Assembly (NCBI RefSeq): GCF_037042905.1
Contig: NC_087251.1
Coordinates: forward strand, 12,526,001 to 12,590,000
Direction: 5' to 3'
DNA: 64,000 nucleotides
From: Lytechinus pictus
Lineage: Eukaryota
Positions 25,795 to 39,000 of the stretch are shown here, in pieces (positions within the stretch are counted from its first letter, which is position 1; each line of letters opens with the position of its first letter). The notes beneath the pieces were generated by a model. The model was not told where the DNA came from. It worked only from the letters and a program-made list of their open reading frames with translations, and did no database searches. The position numbers and the translations under genes are program-made.

Positions 25795-28700
25795 TGATTA
25801 AGAATCAAGTTACTTTTTAATGCAAAACAATAATTTAACATCACACATGATGTTCAGCACACAATGATTCAGTGTCGAATGCATAATACAAATGATACCT
25901 ACAGACAAATACGATCAATGTCATTTTTTTTCTCAACTCCTCAATACACCAACCCCTTGCCTCATCTCCCATCCCACTTCCACTCAAATTTTCTCAACAA
26001 TTGTGTAGGAGCAAATAGTTGCTTTTCATTTGTATAATGAAAATTTGATTTAAAAAAACCCAAAAGAACATTGACTATGTATTACAATGACTAAAACAAA
26101 TCATTAAACGTTATCATCGGGAAAAGTGTTTTAGAATACATCCATGTAATAAAAAGTAAATATCAATATCTGCAATTCATTCTCTAAGTTCCAAAATATG
26201 GCAAGAAAAATGTAGATGAGTTGCAGTAGTATAATTCAGCAATGATTGTATGTTTTTATTAATTACCCTACAAAAAAAAACCAAATATTGGGTTTAAATG
26301 GAACATGTATGTGTGTTGGGTAAATAATGCCAAATCTTGAGTAAATTTCAGTGTTGTGTGAAAATTTACCCATGAAACAAATTTTTACCTACTACTTTAC
26401 CCAACAACATGAATGTTTATTTTTTACCTCAAATTGTGTAGATTTGAACTTTAAACTATATTTTAGAATGTGGAATAAATCATATTACGATAAGTATGTC
26501 AGACTTATGAATAATTCCTCTTTAGTTGCAGAGTTCATATTTAAGTTCAGTGGAAAATTTGAAAATCATATACAACTTATACACTTGTCTTCTGAAATGT
26601 AAGGTTGCCTCATACCTGATTTTCATGAATTCAAAAGGAGGAATTCAAATACTTACATTAAGCATTTAAAAGTAGCATTGATGGAAAATACCAAAAAATC
26701 AATTTTATTCAAGACAGTTTGAACATTATAAGATTGAATATAGTGAATATGCAAAACAAGTGATAGAAACATACAGAAAATGTGCAAAACGTGTACAAAT
26801 GTACACAATATCTGTACAACATTATACATGGGTAAAAAAAAATTGATTTCTGTTCATAATTAGAGAGCTCTTAATTTGAAGAAAAAAAAAGAGTTTTATC
26901 CCAATCCTCAACCACAATTGCACCCTACTTTTCTTACAATGTGAGAGAGTATCATTCAGTAATGAACTTTAGTGAAATACTTTGAAATATCTGCCATCCT
27001 TACTAAATATACATCAGTTTAGTAAAAAAATAACTTTTAAAAATCAGACAGTACGCAGCTTATAGCGATTAATATTGCTTATGGTCAGTACAACAATAAA
27101 TAAAAAACAATAAATGGCATCTTAGTACTTTTGTGAAGAAAAAGGGACATCAAACATAACACAAATATAACACATTGAAAACATGAATAGTTAAATATAA
27201 ACATATGAAAACAAAGTGCAAAAAAAAGGTCTTAAAGTGTGGTAAAAGCATGAACACTTACTTAGAAATAATGACAAATAATCAACCATGAACATGTTTT
27301 CAGTGCTTAATCAACTCTGATTTATAGTTGCCAATAATACATTTATATGAAACAAGTATCTCTCTACAAACTCTGAGTGTGACACTGTCAAATACTTTCC
27401 TGAATTTGATTTCAGCATTCACAATTAATACTTCCATAATCTTTTAACATTGTGGAGCATATAGGAGCCAATACTACATCAATTCTTACAATAGTATAAT
27501 AAACAAAGCCTCTCGGTGCCAGCATTATTGGAATTGTGTGATAATTTACCACACATCGACACCACATAACAAATAATAAGCTGCAGAGAAAATATCATAA
27601 ATGATTCATAGACAGAGAGCAGCCAGAAATATATCAGCCAACCCTGGTTTATTGCAGCATCGGTAATTCAACCACTGTCGCCTTTTTAATTCAGTTGCTA
27701 GGTCAATTTAATTCTTAATTTGACCAGAAATGAGTTCATTATTCCACATAGAATACAGCGATATTATTGCAGAGTCAAAAAAAAAATTAATCAGTCCTAA
27801 TTTAAAATGCAGTAATTGAAAGTATGTCAAGAGGAAAATAACATTACATATGTAAATATCTGTACATACACAGTAGGATACAATGCCTTCCTAATAATCA
27901 AGCTAACAGATTCATTCAAAGAATAAATATTGCCATTACAAAATAATTAAGGGGAACAATTATATTCGAATTGATAAAATATTAGATACCTTAAATGAAA
28001 ATTTCATATGTTTTATCTTCTCTTATCCTGTTTAACATTTTCATTAAGGTATCACATTCTGATTGCCCCAATATTGTTTTTATTAACCATTCACCAAATC
28101 AAAATGATTATTATTTGGCAATATGACACTTTCAAAGAGTATCTAAGGGGTGAATTTCCCATCTATGAAAAAATGGTATACATTTAAAAGCCAAAACAAG
28201 AGACAACTGTAGTGTCACAATGTTTAATCAGGTATTTTGATACTTGTACAAGCTCTTGTAATTAACTGGCATTTCCCCCATGCATATCGAGGTGTGAATA
28301 CGCGAAAATGCCAAAAAATATGCTCCTATATCATCGCCATGTATCATTTTCCTATCTTATTGCATAACTCAAGGTAATGTCATTCCCAGACAGCCATCAT
28401 TAAGCTCTTAATTCTCTTAACCGGTCCATGTCTCGAGCATTAGTTAACCCAACCTTCAAATATGATTGGTGATCAGCTATTATTACTACAAGTACAATAT
28501 AGAACTTTCGAAATATGAGCTGACATGAAAGGCCATAATCAAAGTAGCTATCACATTCCATGTTTAGGATAAATAGTTATGATATTTATAAGCTCCTAAA
28601 CTCAAATTAAGAAATACTATTGATTTATAAAATTAATACTGGCGATAATAAGATGCATACTGATCTTAATATGGTCTTAATCCTTTGCATATTATCTCAT

Positions 28701-31700
28701 TTTGATGTTCACAGAACTTCCCAGAATTATCTCCTCAATTATCAGACAATTTAAAATTGGTGTTTTAAATCAGATCATGTGCTCCATAAGTTAACAAGTG
28801 CTGGCTCCTTTGCTTTTGTGCAGGTTATAAAATATGTCACGAGCTCGCTGCCAGGTAAGTGAAAGCTGTTCAACCTTTGCATGCAAAGGTTATTGACATC
28901 ATACCCTTCCATGGATCTGGAATATTTTACAGCTTGCTACCAATTGATATCAATAAAGACATGTGCAGTAAGAAACACTAACTGAGGCGTCGATCTAGTA
29001 ATATGATTGTTTGCACATAACTGAATTGAAGAATGGCAAGAACCTTGCTAAAATGAAATTAACATTTAAAAAATATGAGTGAAGTGGATTGATTTTGATA
29101 GACACTATAAAATGTTAATATACAATATTTGTTCAGAGCAAATATAGGACAATAAATTCATATACATTATCAGTACACTAATTTTTTTTTCCATATGTCA
29201 GTCTTTAAAAATATTTATCACTATTTTGTTCAGACCTCATTCATATCAAAATATATTAGAGCAAAGTAGATTATATATTTATATCTATAATCCCATAAGG
29301 ATGAATAAAAATATTCTAAACACAGCTTTATCATATTCAGTTGCATAAAACTATCATGGCATTGAATTACATATTGCAGAATAATGTTTCATTTATGTTA
29401 TTAAAATTTCAAACTTGTAGATACTTCATTTGCTTGAATTTAATGATTATTTTTGTCTATGATTCTGTAACTTTCCTTGCAATTTATTATAGTTATTCAG
29501 GAGGAGAGAGGGAGAAAGAAAGAGAAAGGGGCAAGGAGAAAACACAGAAAGAGGAAGAAAAATTGACAGAAATAAACAAAGACAGAGACATAGAGAGACA
29601 GAAAACAGTCAAACAAATAGATGATGAAGAACTTGGTAGAAATCAGTAAACACATCCCTAAAAACAATTGACTATACTGTAAAGATTAAAAAGATTTATT
29701 TAATTTTACAAGATTGAAAAGAATTATCACACGAAACACAACAATATATTTTGTTATTTGACATTGCAAACGTATGTGCAACCATGAGCAAACTTTAGAT
29801 TATACAGCTCAACCAGCTACTTTTATTTTAAAGAAAATGTAAAAAAGTGAGACAATTTGTTGTCAAGCTTCAGATAATTTACATGGTATAAGAAAGCCTG
29901 ATTTATTCTCTCAACATAATAAAGTAGGAGGAATATCAAGGTGATTTTATATCTGTCTAGTTAGTAAGAAATCATGGTCTCTTCTTCATATTTCACCCAA
30001 CCCCCACCCCCCACCCCCTCCCCTATCTCATCTAATCACTATCCATTCCTCAGACTTCTTCAAACCACAATTATTTGGTTGGTATGTGCTTTCAAACCCA
30101 TCTGATCACAATTAATACCTTGTCATTTCTGATCGGAATTAGATGCCAACAAGAAAATACCAGGTAATTTACCAATGTGAAAGCAAAGTACTTATAATAT
30201 TCCCAAAATAATATACCAGCAAATCAGAAGGTACTTTTCAAATTAACAAGAATTTTCACAACAATTTCTCTCCAAAGACTTAGGTATAATAGTACACAGC
30301 TCCTATATCAGGCAAAAATCATTTTGCATAATTTGCAACAAGATTGCCAATCATGTTGCAGCAGGCTGATAAATATTTGTCTGGTTTGGAAGGAGCGAAT
30401 GTGAAAAGAATTATTTTGAGTTAATGAAAAAGTTCTTGAAATTTCCAGGTAAATTTGTGGCAAGATGGGTGTGAAAACACCTTGTGGCTTGTGAGAGGGG
30501 TATGTCCTCACATTTTTCAATTTGCCTGAGTCTTCAAGAATATCACTCCGGCATGATTCAGATATTGGGACATTAACACTGAGGATTAAAACCACTATTT
30601 TCTTTTTCATTTTTTTGTGTACATTTCAGAGTTATAGGTAAATCTTTAATTAGCTAGCCACTTAGCTAATAAATATCCTGAAAATTCAAAATCCAAAAGC
30701 CTGTTTAAGAATATGTTGATGGTTAAATGACTTCTGTAGTATAGGTCACGCTCTTGTTTTATCCAAGTAATGTGATTTTACCTGCTTTAACAATCATAAA
30801 CATACCAGTGTCAAGTCAAACATTTTCACTAATCTTCTAAAGACCAGAATATTGAGACAAACACCAACCAATGATTTTATTCAAGTACTTTTTGTAGTAG
30901 GTAGTAAAGAAAAAATTCCATAAATAAATTTGTCAAATATTATTTTCATCCTTTATATCATTTTTACTATTTTGGAGATTTAGAGTTAAGCTTTAGTTTT
31001 CTGTAGTGTAAATGAAACTAATATTCTTGTAGCCGATGAGATTGCAATCAAGGAGCTGAAAATCTTGATTGCATATTGTTGAGATTCCTTGAAGGGTTCT
31101 GTCTGTATCAACAAGAGGATTCTCATGTTACCAAACACCATCTACATAACCAAACACATTCTTATGGGTCAAAGCGACCACTTTGCCTCATGAGGAAAAC
31201 TTCTGAAATTGGACCAAAACATAACAGGTGGTATTCTGATAATCAAACCTAGGTTTAACCCTAGTCTAAACTAGAATTATAAAGCACATTTCTATGGAAT
31301 GCTGGGTTTCATAATATTTCTTCCACATTCACGGCGATTATAATGTATCAACTTATTTCTTAAAATTCATTATATTTTCATATTTTCCTATATTCTTCTC
31401 ATTTCACAGCTCAGCTAATTGTTTGATAACTTTTTTTGCAGCAGTATAGCAATAATTCTTAATTTGGAATAAGTTGACACCTGGCACTTTGTAAAAGTGT
31501 GGTCTAAGTTAACCCATGTTTAACTAAACCATATGGCTATCATTATACCACCCATTTGTCTTTGTACCAATAAGAATAATGAGTTGTTTTTGTTTTGCCC
31601 CACTTTACCACACACAAAAATGTTGTAAGAGTTATGCAACATATTACAAACGGCTTTATGACAACAGATTGGAAAGACAGTGATTTCATGTGTCTAGATG

Positions 31701-33459
31701 TTGAATCAAATGATTCAGCTTTCTGGCGATTCCATTTCTTATCGAATGTCATGATAGGAAAGTATTTCAGAAACACAATATAATCTTATAAAGAATTTCA
31801 ATTATATTGTAAAAGAACCATATACTTTTACGACATGGTGACTGTTAACTCCAAAACCAATAAGAGAGAACTGCACCCTCTATTTTTATACATATGTACC
31901 GGTGATTAGAGTTTAACGGATATAAGTAATATATATGATATGATTCTTCATAACTGGGGACCGAATATTCTTAATAATCTTGAAACCTGGATTCAATCAA
32001 AATTGTTTTATGTCATGGAAGGTATAATAGTCGCAGGACACATACAAGCAATTGTAAATATAGGTTTGCCTAGAAACTCCTGTCCCACATCAAAACACCT
32101 CAACACCCCATCCTTACTAAAGAGTGTATACACATACTCCATCATGGGACCATAACATTGTCCCCATCTATCCCCTGGCTAATAACCCCTTCAGTGGCTT
32201 CCCACCATGACTCACTCCAAGGTGGTGTCATTCCAAGAGCTTAGACGACTAATTAAGGGTGTCTTGTAAGTGTCTGTCGAGCTACATTCCAGGATATTAG
32301 TGCTTTGAGTTCACTCCATGTCAGCACAAGACTTCACAGATCGGTTTACTGCCGATGAGTTAATTAATGCAGCTAGACACCACTGATGTAATGATATACA
32401 TGATGGATGCTTCTTGGTAAATATGAGCAGATTCTGCAATATCCTCATCAATGATACATATCATGTTTACAAGGGATATCATGTTCATGCTCATAATGTG
32501 GAGTTTGGAAACCTTAGATAAGATTCCTTTACCTGGTAATGTCCTGTCACATACTGATGTCTAGCAATGCCATTCTGTAACAATTCACAGCAGACGGTGT
32601 TAGAGTATGTTGAAGCTTCCAAATTACAGACCTAAATCAGGGTGTTAATAGGCAATCATTCTCAAAACATGGTGGCACCATTTGTCAGTTTCATTTTAAC
32701 ACCGCTCCTAAACTAAAAAAATAATGGGCATTTACTTAACATTGAAACATCTATATGTTATTCATATATATCTACATTGTCATTTTTTCCAGTCATGGGG
32801 AAATGGATGTTCAGCTGACATTCATAGAGACAGCATAACAAAATGTAGTTAAAAACACATCTTATATTCCAGTCAAATCAATATAATTCCTTACTGATTG
32901 ATATGGTGTACTCTCAAGGTGGTATGAAGAAAAGGGGCCAAAAAGACATGTTTTTAAAATGTGTGGGAATTTCGGAAAGGAATTTGATAATATGCATTTA
33001 TGTGGATCTTTATTAAAAGAACTTTAAGCAAATGTTCATGCATACCAATTTAACCAATAAGTATGTTTGTGATCCCCCTAAACACAATAATGGAATGTGT
33101 ATGTATCACTCAATGAAATGCTGTATCATCACATCATTGTTTTTAATCAATTTTGTAGATGTGTACAAGAGGGACTGAAAAGATTTAGAGTGAGTTGTAT
33201 GTGAGCACAAATCTTAAAAAAAATGTCTGCATATAGTGTTTCATATACATTTACAAATAAACTTTTAGTATACAAAATTTACTATAAAACAGATCAATAT
33301 TTGCTCAGAAATATTTAGGTAAGGTGATTAAAGGAAAAGTGTCTTATCATTCTCTTGCATGTAATTGCCATCTTGCAGCTGACAATTTTTGTACTAAAAT
33401 AATCATCCAAAAATAATGTTTTTTGGGGTAACTAGGGTGCTAAGTGACCTTTGCCCTCA
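25795..33459 (-). other. Probable long 3'UTR of the kinase-fold gene (3' end approximate)
   Basis: U-rich on the minus strand and nearly transposon-free; ATTAAA on minus at 25816-25821 followed by a GT/T-rich tract. Confidence 0.45.
31226..31553. mobile_element. Degenerate MITE
   Basis: GGTGGTATTCTGATAATC and GCTATCATTATACCACC termini; subterminal GGTTTAAC/GGTCTAA motifs like those of 55925-56244. Confidence 0.5.
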
Positions 33460-33561
33460 TCAAAGTGGAACTTCTGTCACACAATTATCCAGCATGCAGT
33501 GGACGTCATTGGCCTCTGGACATGGCTCTCGGCTCCAACAAGCTTTCAGAATGTTCAGTAA
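33460..33561 (-). CDS. Terminal coding exon of the kinase-fold gene (subdomain XI-like)
   Basis: Acceptor TTCTATTTAACACAG, phase 0, LLNILKACWSREPCPEANDVHCMLDNCVTEVPL then TGA; LxxCW...P pattern of the kinase alphaH-alphaI region; in frame with either upstream donor. Confidence 0.85.
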   Translation of the reverse strand, partial: LLNILKACWSREPCPEANDVHCMLDNCVTEVPL

Positions 33562-34078
33562 CTGTGTTAAATAGAACAAGAATAATACTTGTGTTTAGTC
33601 ATTTCAATTACATTGTTTCAAATCCCACAGCTGACACCAAATATATGAGAGTTGTTAAATTTCTATTGCCTCTTATTATAACACTAACATGCAATAAGCT
33701 ATTACAATTTTCTTCAAAAATAAACATTAAAATAAAACATACATGGGAGGTTTATAAAAACTTTATTTGCAAAGAAGTTCGCGACCAGAAAAAAAAAATT
33801 CTGGGTCAGGCATCTTGTGCTAAACTGAAGGGATGATTTTCTTTTTTAAGAGGCTAAAAATGAGACAAAGGGTTATGGTTATGTACTAGTAATTCATTCA
33901 CTCAATATTAGAGATCTTTTCCCTTAATTGATCTGAATTTTCATGCATTTAGGGTATAAACAGAAAGTAAAATAGCATGAAGAGAGTATCATCTTTGACT
34001 GACCTGTTTATTGAGGCAACTGTCAGAATCCCTGATAACTACCAGCCATTCCATGATGGCTACATGGGTGTCCCCAAC

Positions 34079-36073
34079 CTCTAGGAGTTGATCCTGACCT
34101 GCCCCTACCTTGAGGCAAGGAAGAGCACTCAGAAGCTGCTGACTATAGGCTACATGGTGTTTAGTGACTCCACTGGGAACTGTCCTGATAAAGAAGTGCT
34201 CCCCATTGTGCATCGCTTGTGGTAGCGTACGGACACCGCTGCCGCCAACTACTAAATGGGAGTATCCCCATCCATTGCGCCCCATGACAATCTGATGGTC
34301 TTGAATGTTAGAAGCTCTGGACAAAGTCATTGATCGAACATCCATGGTTCGACATCTGCTTCTAGATGGGTGGTCTTTGGGTAGTGTAGCATGTGAGTAG
34401 CCATAGGCTGAACCACTCGGTAAGGCATATACTTGTCCTTCATGTTTAACAGCACCTAGTGAGAACTTACGTTGTCCCTTGGAGCCTTCATAGTAAGACT
34501 TAGCCCTGCAAGAGTCCTGAGCATCTAGGAGGGAAGCCGCACTGCTGGCCCTACTGACAGGTCGACTGCAGGGTGGGGTCAGCGATTCTGGGATCCCTGC
34601 TGTGAATGGCGTCAATGACTTTTTGCGGACATAGAACTTGGAGAGGGAACTCGTGGAGCGCGTCTCTGCTCCATCTCCACTACCTCTCCTTCTATCACTT
34701 TCATAATCTGTCTCTTTTTCTGTATCACTTTGGTCACATGATTTTACTCTTGACCGATATGATTTTTCAACATCAGATTTGGAGTCATCACTTCCTGTGT
34801 CACTTGGACAAGAGTGTTGCTGTTTGGGTTTTCTCCTATGATTGTTTCTGAAATTCGGTCCATATTCTATCATGGAGTCATCCTCATGGCAAGAATCTCC
34901 ATCAGTAGACCCTTCACTGACCTTCAAATTCTGAGCAGTTGCATCCAACATGCCTCTCAACTTTGAAACCGCTGTACCTCGAGTGGCTTCACTGTCAGAG
35001 AGAGCTGATTCTACCCTGTCATTCAGTTCTATCAAGTGAGCATCTGCTTTTTTACTCTGTCCACACTTATTAGTACTTCTCATAGAGTTTCGAGGTGATG
35101 ATATCCCGCTATCACTGCTACACAAGCTGTGCCGCTTTTCGCTCTTCAGGATTTCAGATGACATCATTGAACGTCGTGGAAATGTTGCCGCTAGTCGCGG
35201 ATTGTCCTTCAAGCAGCTTCCATCTCCTGTTAAATTATTTTTATTGTAATCAGATACCATTCCTCCATGTCTGTTACTATGGTAACCATGAGCATCACCA
35301 TCATCTGGTTTTATCAACCTCTCTGCATCATCTTCCCTGCTACCTCCTTTCTTACCCTTTACATGTCCAACATATGTACTGTCAAGGTTTTCTCTTGAAG
35401 GAACATCAGCAACACCACTTTTGGGTCTTGGAGGGAGGTTTGTTCGGTCCATTCTCTTATTCAAAATCTTACGATAAACTCCAGCATCACTCATTGCCCT
35501 CCTGGCTCGCATATCCTCTACAGCGTAACCCTGATTTGCATAGTAAATCCTCTTTGGACTTGGTGTGCCATTCCTATCATCTGTCCCTTCCTTTCCACTT
35601 CCTGCTCCATCACTCAAGAGTTGACCAGCTTCAATATCCAGTCTCTCCTGACTGACATTAGGGGAGTAAAAAACACTAGGGACACCCCTTACTGATTTGA
35701 CACATCCCTCACCAGCAAGTCTCGCTCCGATGACTGACCCTTGATCAGGTTTATCCCAAAGGATATGGCCTTTGTAGCCAACAGCATTGTCTTGATCCAA
35801 ACCCTGATCAACTTGCTTCTGCTTTAACCAAGCCATCATCTCCATCAGGACAATAGCGAAAGACCGGACATCATTGGAGAACTCTGGTTTCTTGTTCTTC
35901 TCCTCTGTCTCTCCTTCTCTCCCTTTCTTTCCTCCTTTCCTTGGCATCATCAGTTCGGACTTGTCGTCATCCTGCTTCTCATTGCCAGCCCTGTAGACTG
36001 GTGGCTCCTGTCTGGGTGGTTTGGCATAATCAATGGCACTGGTGAAGTTGGAGATCACAGCCTTGACTTTGTT
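34079..36073 (-). CDS. Kinase-fold (probable pseudokinase, TK/TKL-like) protein, ~2 kb penultimate exon
   Basis: Lies within the 704 aa ORF; acceptor TTGTCTTTCAG at 36075/36074; KAVISNFT matches subdomain VII position and DVRSFAIVLMEMM matches subdomain IX; two possible phase-0 donors, AAG|GTAGGG (exon ends 34109) or GAG|GTTGGG (exon ends 34079). Confidence 0.85.
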
Positions 36074-39000
36074 CTGAAAGACAATAAGAGGAAATGGTAA
36101 CACTAACTTTTCAGAATAATTATGAAAGCATCACACTGCAATCTCAGTAAATCAGTCGATAAGAAATATGAATTAATATTGAATTGGTCAATTATCCAGG
36201 CTCCTTATTAATTTGGCAAGTATATACTTTTCTGTTTGTAAACCATGATGATGAAATCTTGAATACAGCCCATGTTCTATAAAGTTGATACCAATGACTA
36301 GTTATTTGAAGAATTACATATCAAGATAAACACAAAACTTTAATTTGACCATGAAATGAAACACAAATTCAAAGTGGTCTGTGCTGTTGGCTTAGCAATT
36401 TGAGTGACCAGAATGTTTCATATAATTGTGCATACTATGTAAGCAGACAACCAAGAATCCTTATAGACATTGCTCCACTGTGATAAGTACAATATAATTC
36501 CAGAATATTATCAGGATAATGATGGATAAGAATCTTTCAACATCTTTCATTACATCATCAAAACATTATGTTTACATATACATGCATCTCTATCAAGCTG
36601 ATGTGTAAGTAATGGTATTTTAAACTGCCTAATATTCTCCATCTTTCCTCCTTTTCCAAATTCCACCCAACGATCAACAGCAATCATACAAAAGGTCATG
36701 AGGCAAAAACACATTAGTCAGCCATAGGCAAATCAGAACTTTGGAGACATTTTCTGATCAATTATTTAGGTATACATCCTATTCATATTCCCTCCAAGCC
36801 CTACTTTCCCTCCTCGTAAATCACTGTAAAATATGCAGATAAAGACCCTACAGTTCAGACTGTTCTCGGAGAGTAGAAGGAAATCCTTGATGCCTTGGAA
36901 AACTGTATGATTCTACATAAAACTCTTATTCTTGTAGTCTGAATGGACGCAGAGAGTTCTCTCCCTTCCTAAGTAGTTTTGGGACAAAATTAGGAGAGAG
37001 TGACGTGGGGTGTTAGAATTGACAAGACAAAGCTGCTCTCACACAGATGGTCGGTCATTAAAAAAATAATATTAAAAAATGAGAGTGATTTGTAGGTTTC
37101 ACGCTTGCTATACTCAACAAATGTAAACCTGTGGGCTGCATTCTGACATCGAAATCAGACTATGGAAAAGGGTTGAAGTTCACATTTGTACTTATAAGTC
37201 GATTAGAAAAATATGTGAATGAGGTCATTAACATGCACATATCCTGCATGGGTATCACTTGTACCCAGTACTACCCACATGCCAAGCAGCATTGAAATTG
37301 GAGTTTGCTTTCTTGGTCAGGTTTACCTTTTTTGTGGTGAAATGGTTGACAGGAGACATACCTCCATCCATTAATGTGTCCAAGTTAACTTGTGCCTTCC
37401 AACGGGCTAGGTGACCCATAAAAAAAAACAAGGTACAATTGGAAGAGGTTCTCCCTCTGCTCTGAGAACAGTCTGAACAAGAAGGCTCATCCCCTCTCCA
37501 TACCCATTACAAGGATTTGACGCTTTAACATAAAATCCACTCTGATATCTAAACCCCAATTAAAAAAATGTAGAGTGGGAGATAGATACTTTGCTAAGTG
37601 GTTCTTAAGATTTATATCTCTCAATGGCTACTTGAGCGATGATTTTAATTCGGCTTAATGGTGAAAATTCTCAGGCAAATATTTTCTTGATAACAATCTT
37701 GAAACTTTTAGAGTTAGAATAACTTAAAGTGAGAAAATGCATTACACAATCAGTATGTTCTTCATTCCCTACTTTTTTTTTTCTCTCTCTCTACCTCTCC
37801 TACTGTCTTCTCTCGTTTCCCCTTAATGACATATCCCTTCGTCATCTCTTTTGCGCACTTACGCTCACTATTTTGGATATGCGCATTTTTATGATGCACT
37901 ATGTTTACTCAATCTAATAAATTTGTCAAAATTTGACAAAGCACTAAGGGCAAATATTCGTTAAAAATTTAGTGTGCATAGAGTTTTAATACTTTCCTTT
38001 GTTTGAACCTACTTATAATCTCCAAGCAGATCATTTGACTTATATATATATATATACATGTTTATATCTGAATCTTTACTAAAAGGCTCAAATACATCAA
38101 ATGCACTTAGAAGCTTAGTCCATAATGCAAGGGATTACTTTCTGTATAACTCCAACACATTCTATTTCTATTAACTTCCATTTTCATTATTCTGCTGAGT
38201 GGCTTTAAAGAAATATAATAATCACCCTTGTTGATTTGCAAACAGAAAGGTCAATGCTATTACACCACAAGACTCCCTATTCATTGTTTTTAGAGCAAAA
38301 CACTTCCTGAAGCTTTTGTAACAAAATATCTTTTCCTGTCATGAGGCAGGTGTTTCAGGATTTTTACTTTTTAAATCAAACTGAAGGAAATATTAAGTAC
38401 TTAAAAGAAATATGGGGCTTTATTCACCATCAGGGCAATACATAATGCATTATAAAGATAAATTATATAAAACCCAAAACAATTTTCCTTCTACCTCACA
38501 AATCCAAACACTATTTCTAAAGATGAATATAGGCAAGAACAAGTGTGTTCAACACAATTGTGTGGAACTGGGGAATATGTGCATAAATAAGTGTATGAGT
38601 ATTCATTTTTGACCAATGACATTCATTTGCGACAAATGGTCATTTTTGTGATTAATTGTTACTAAGCGTGCATTTAGCCTTGCCCCAATAGGTGCTCATG
38701 TATTATGTAGACTGTACTGCATGTTCAAAATACACATGCCAAGAATTCCACATCTTCCTAAGATGAGGCCTCTTAACACGAAACTTAGTGATTGATCACT
38801 AGATTGATTTTCATGACTGCTTAGTGTAAAGGGGTCCGAGGCTATCATCTCCCCCCCCCCCCCCGCATTAAATGAAGGTCTCAAACCATGCCAATGAAAA
38901 CATCACCTAATACCATGCATTGTGTATAATGCAAAATGTCCAAGTGTAACAAATGTAAGTGAACATTTTACTTCTGTTTGTCACAATACGTTTGTGCAAA

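Noticed and set aside
32221..32385. Structured RNA element in the putative 3'UTR (GTGGTGTC / GACACCAC)
   Set aside because: Only 8 bp of perfect pairing, within chance expectation
33444..33836. 130 aa plus-strand ORF
   Set aside because: Antisense to the terminal kinase exon and its intron; GTG start and no recognisable protein features
34606..35655. Plus-strand ORFs of 81 and 186 aa
   Set aside because: Antisense shadows of the giant exon with no recognisable motifs
33989..36103. The 704 aa ORF as a single-exon gene
   Set aside because: The first 10 codons are the polypyrimidine tract and acceptor, with a non-ATG start; the last ~29 codons are probably intron; kinase motifs continue in another exon
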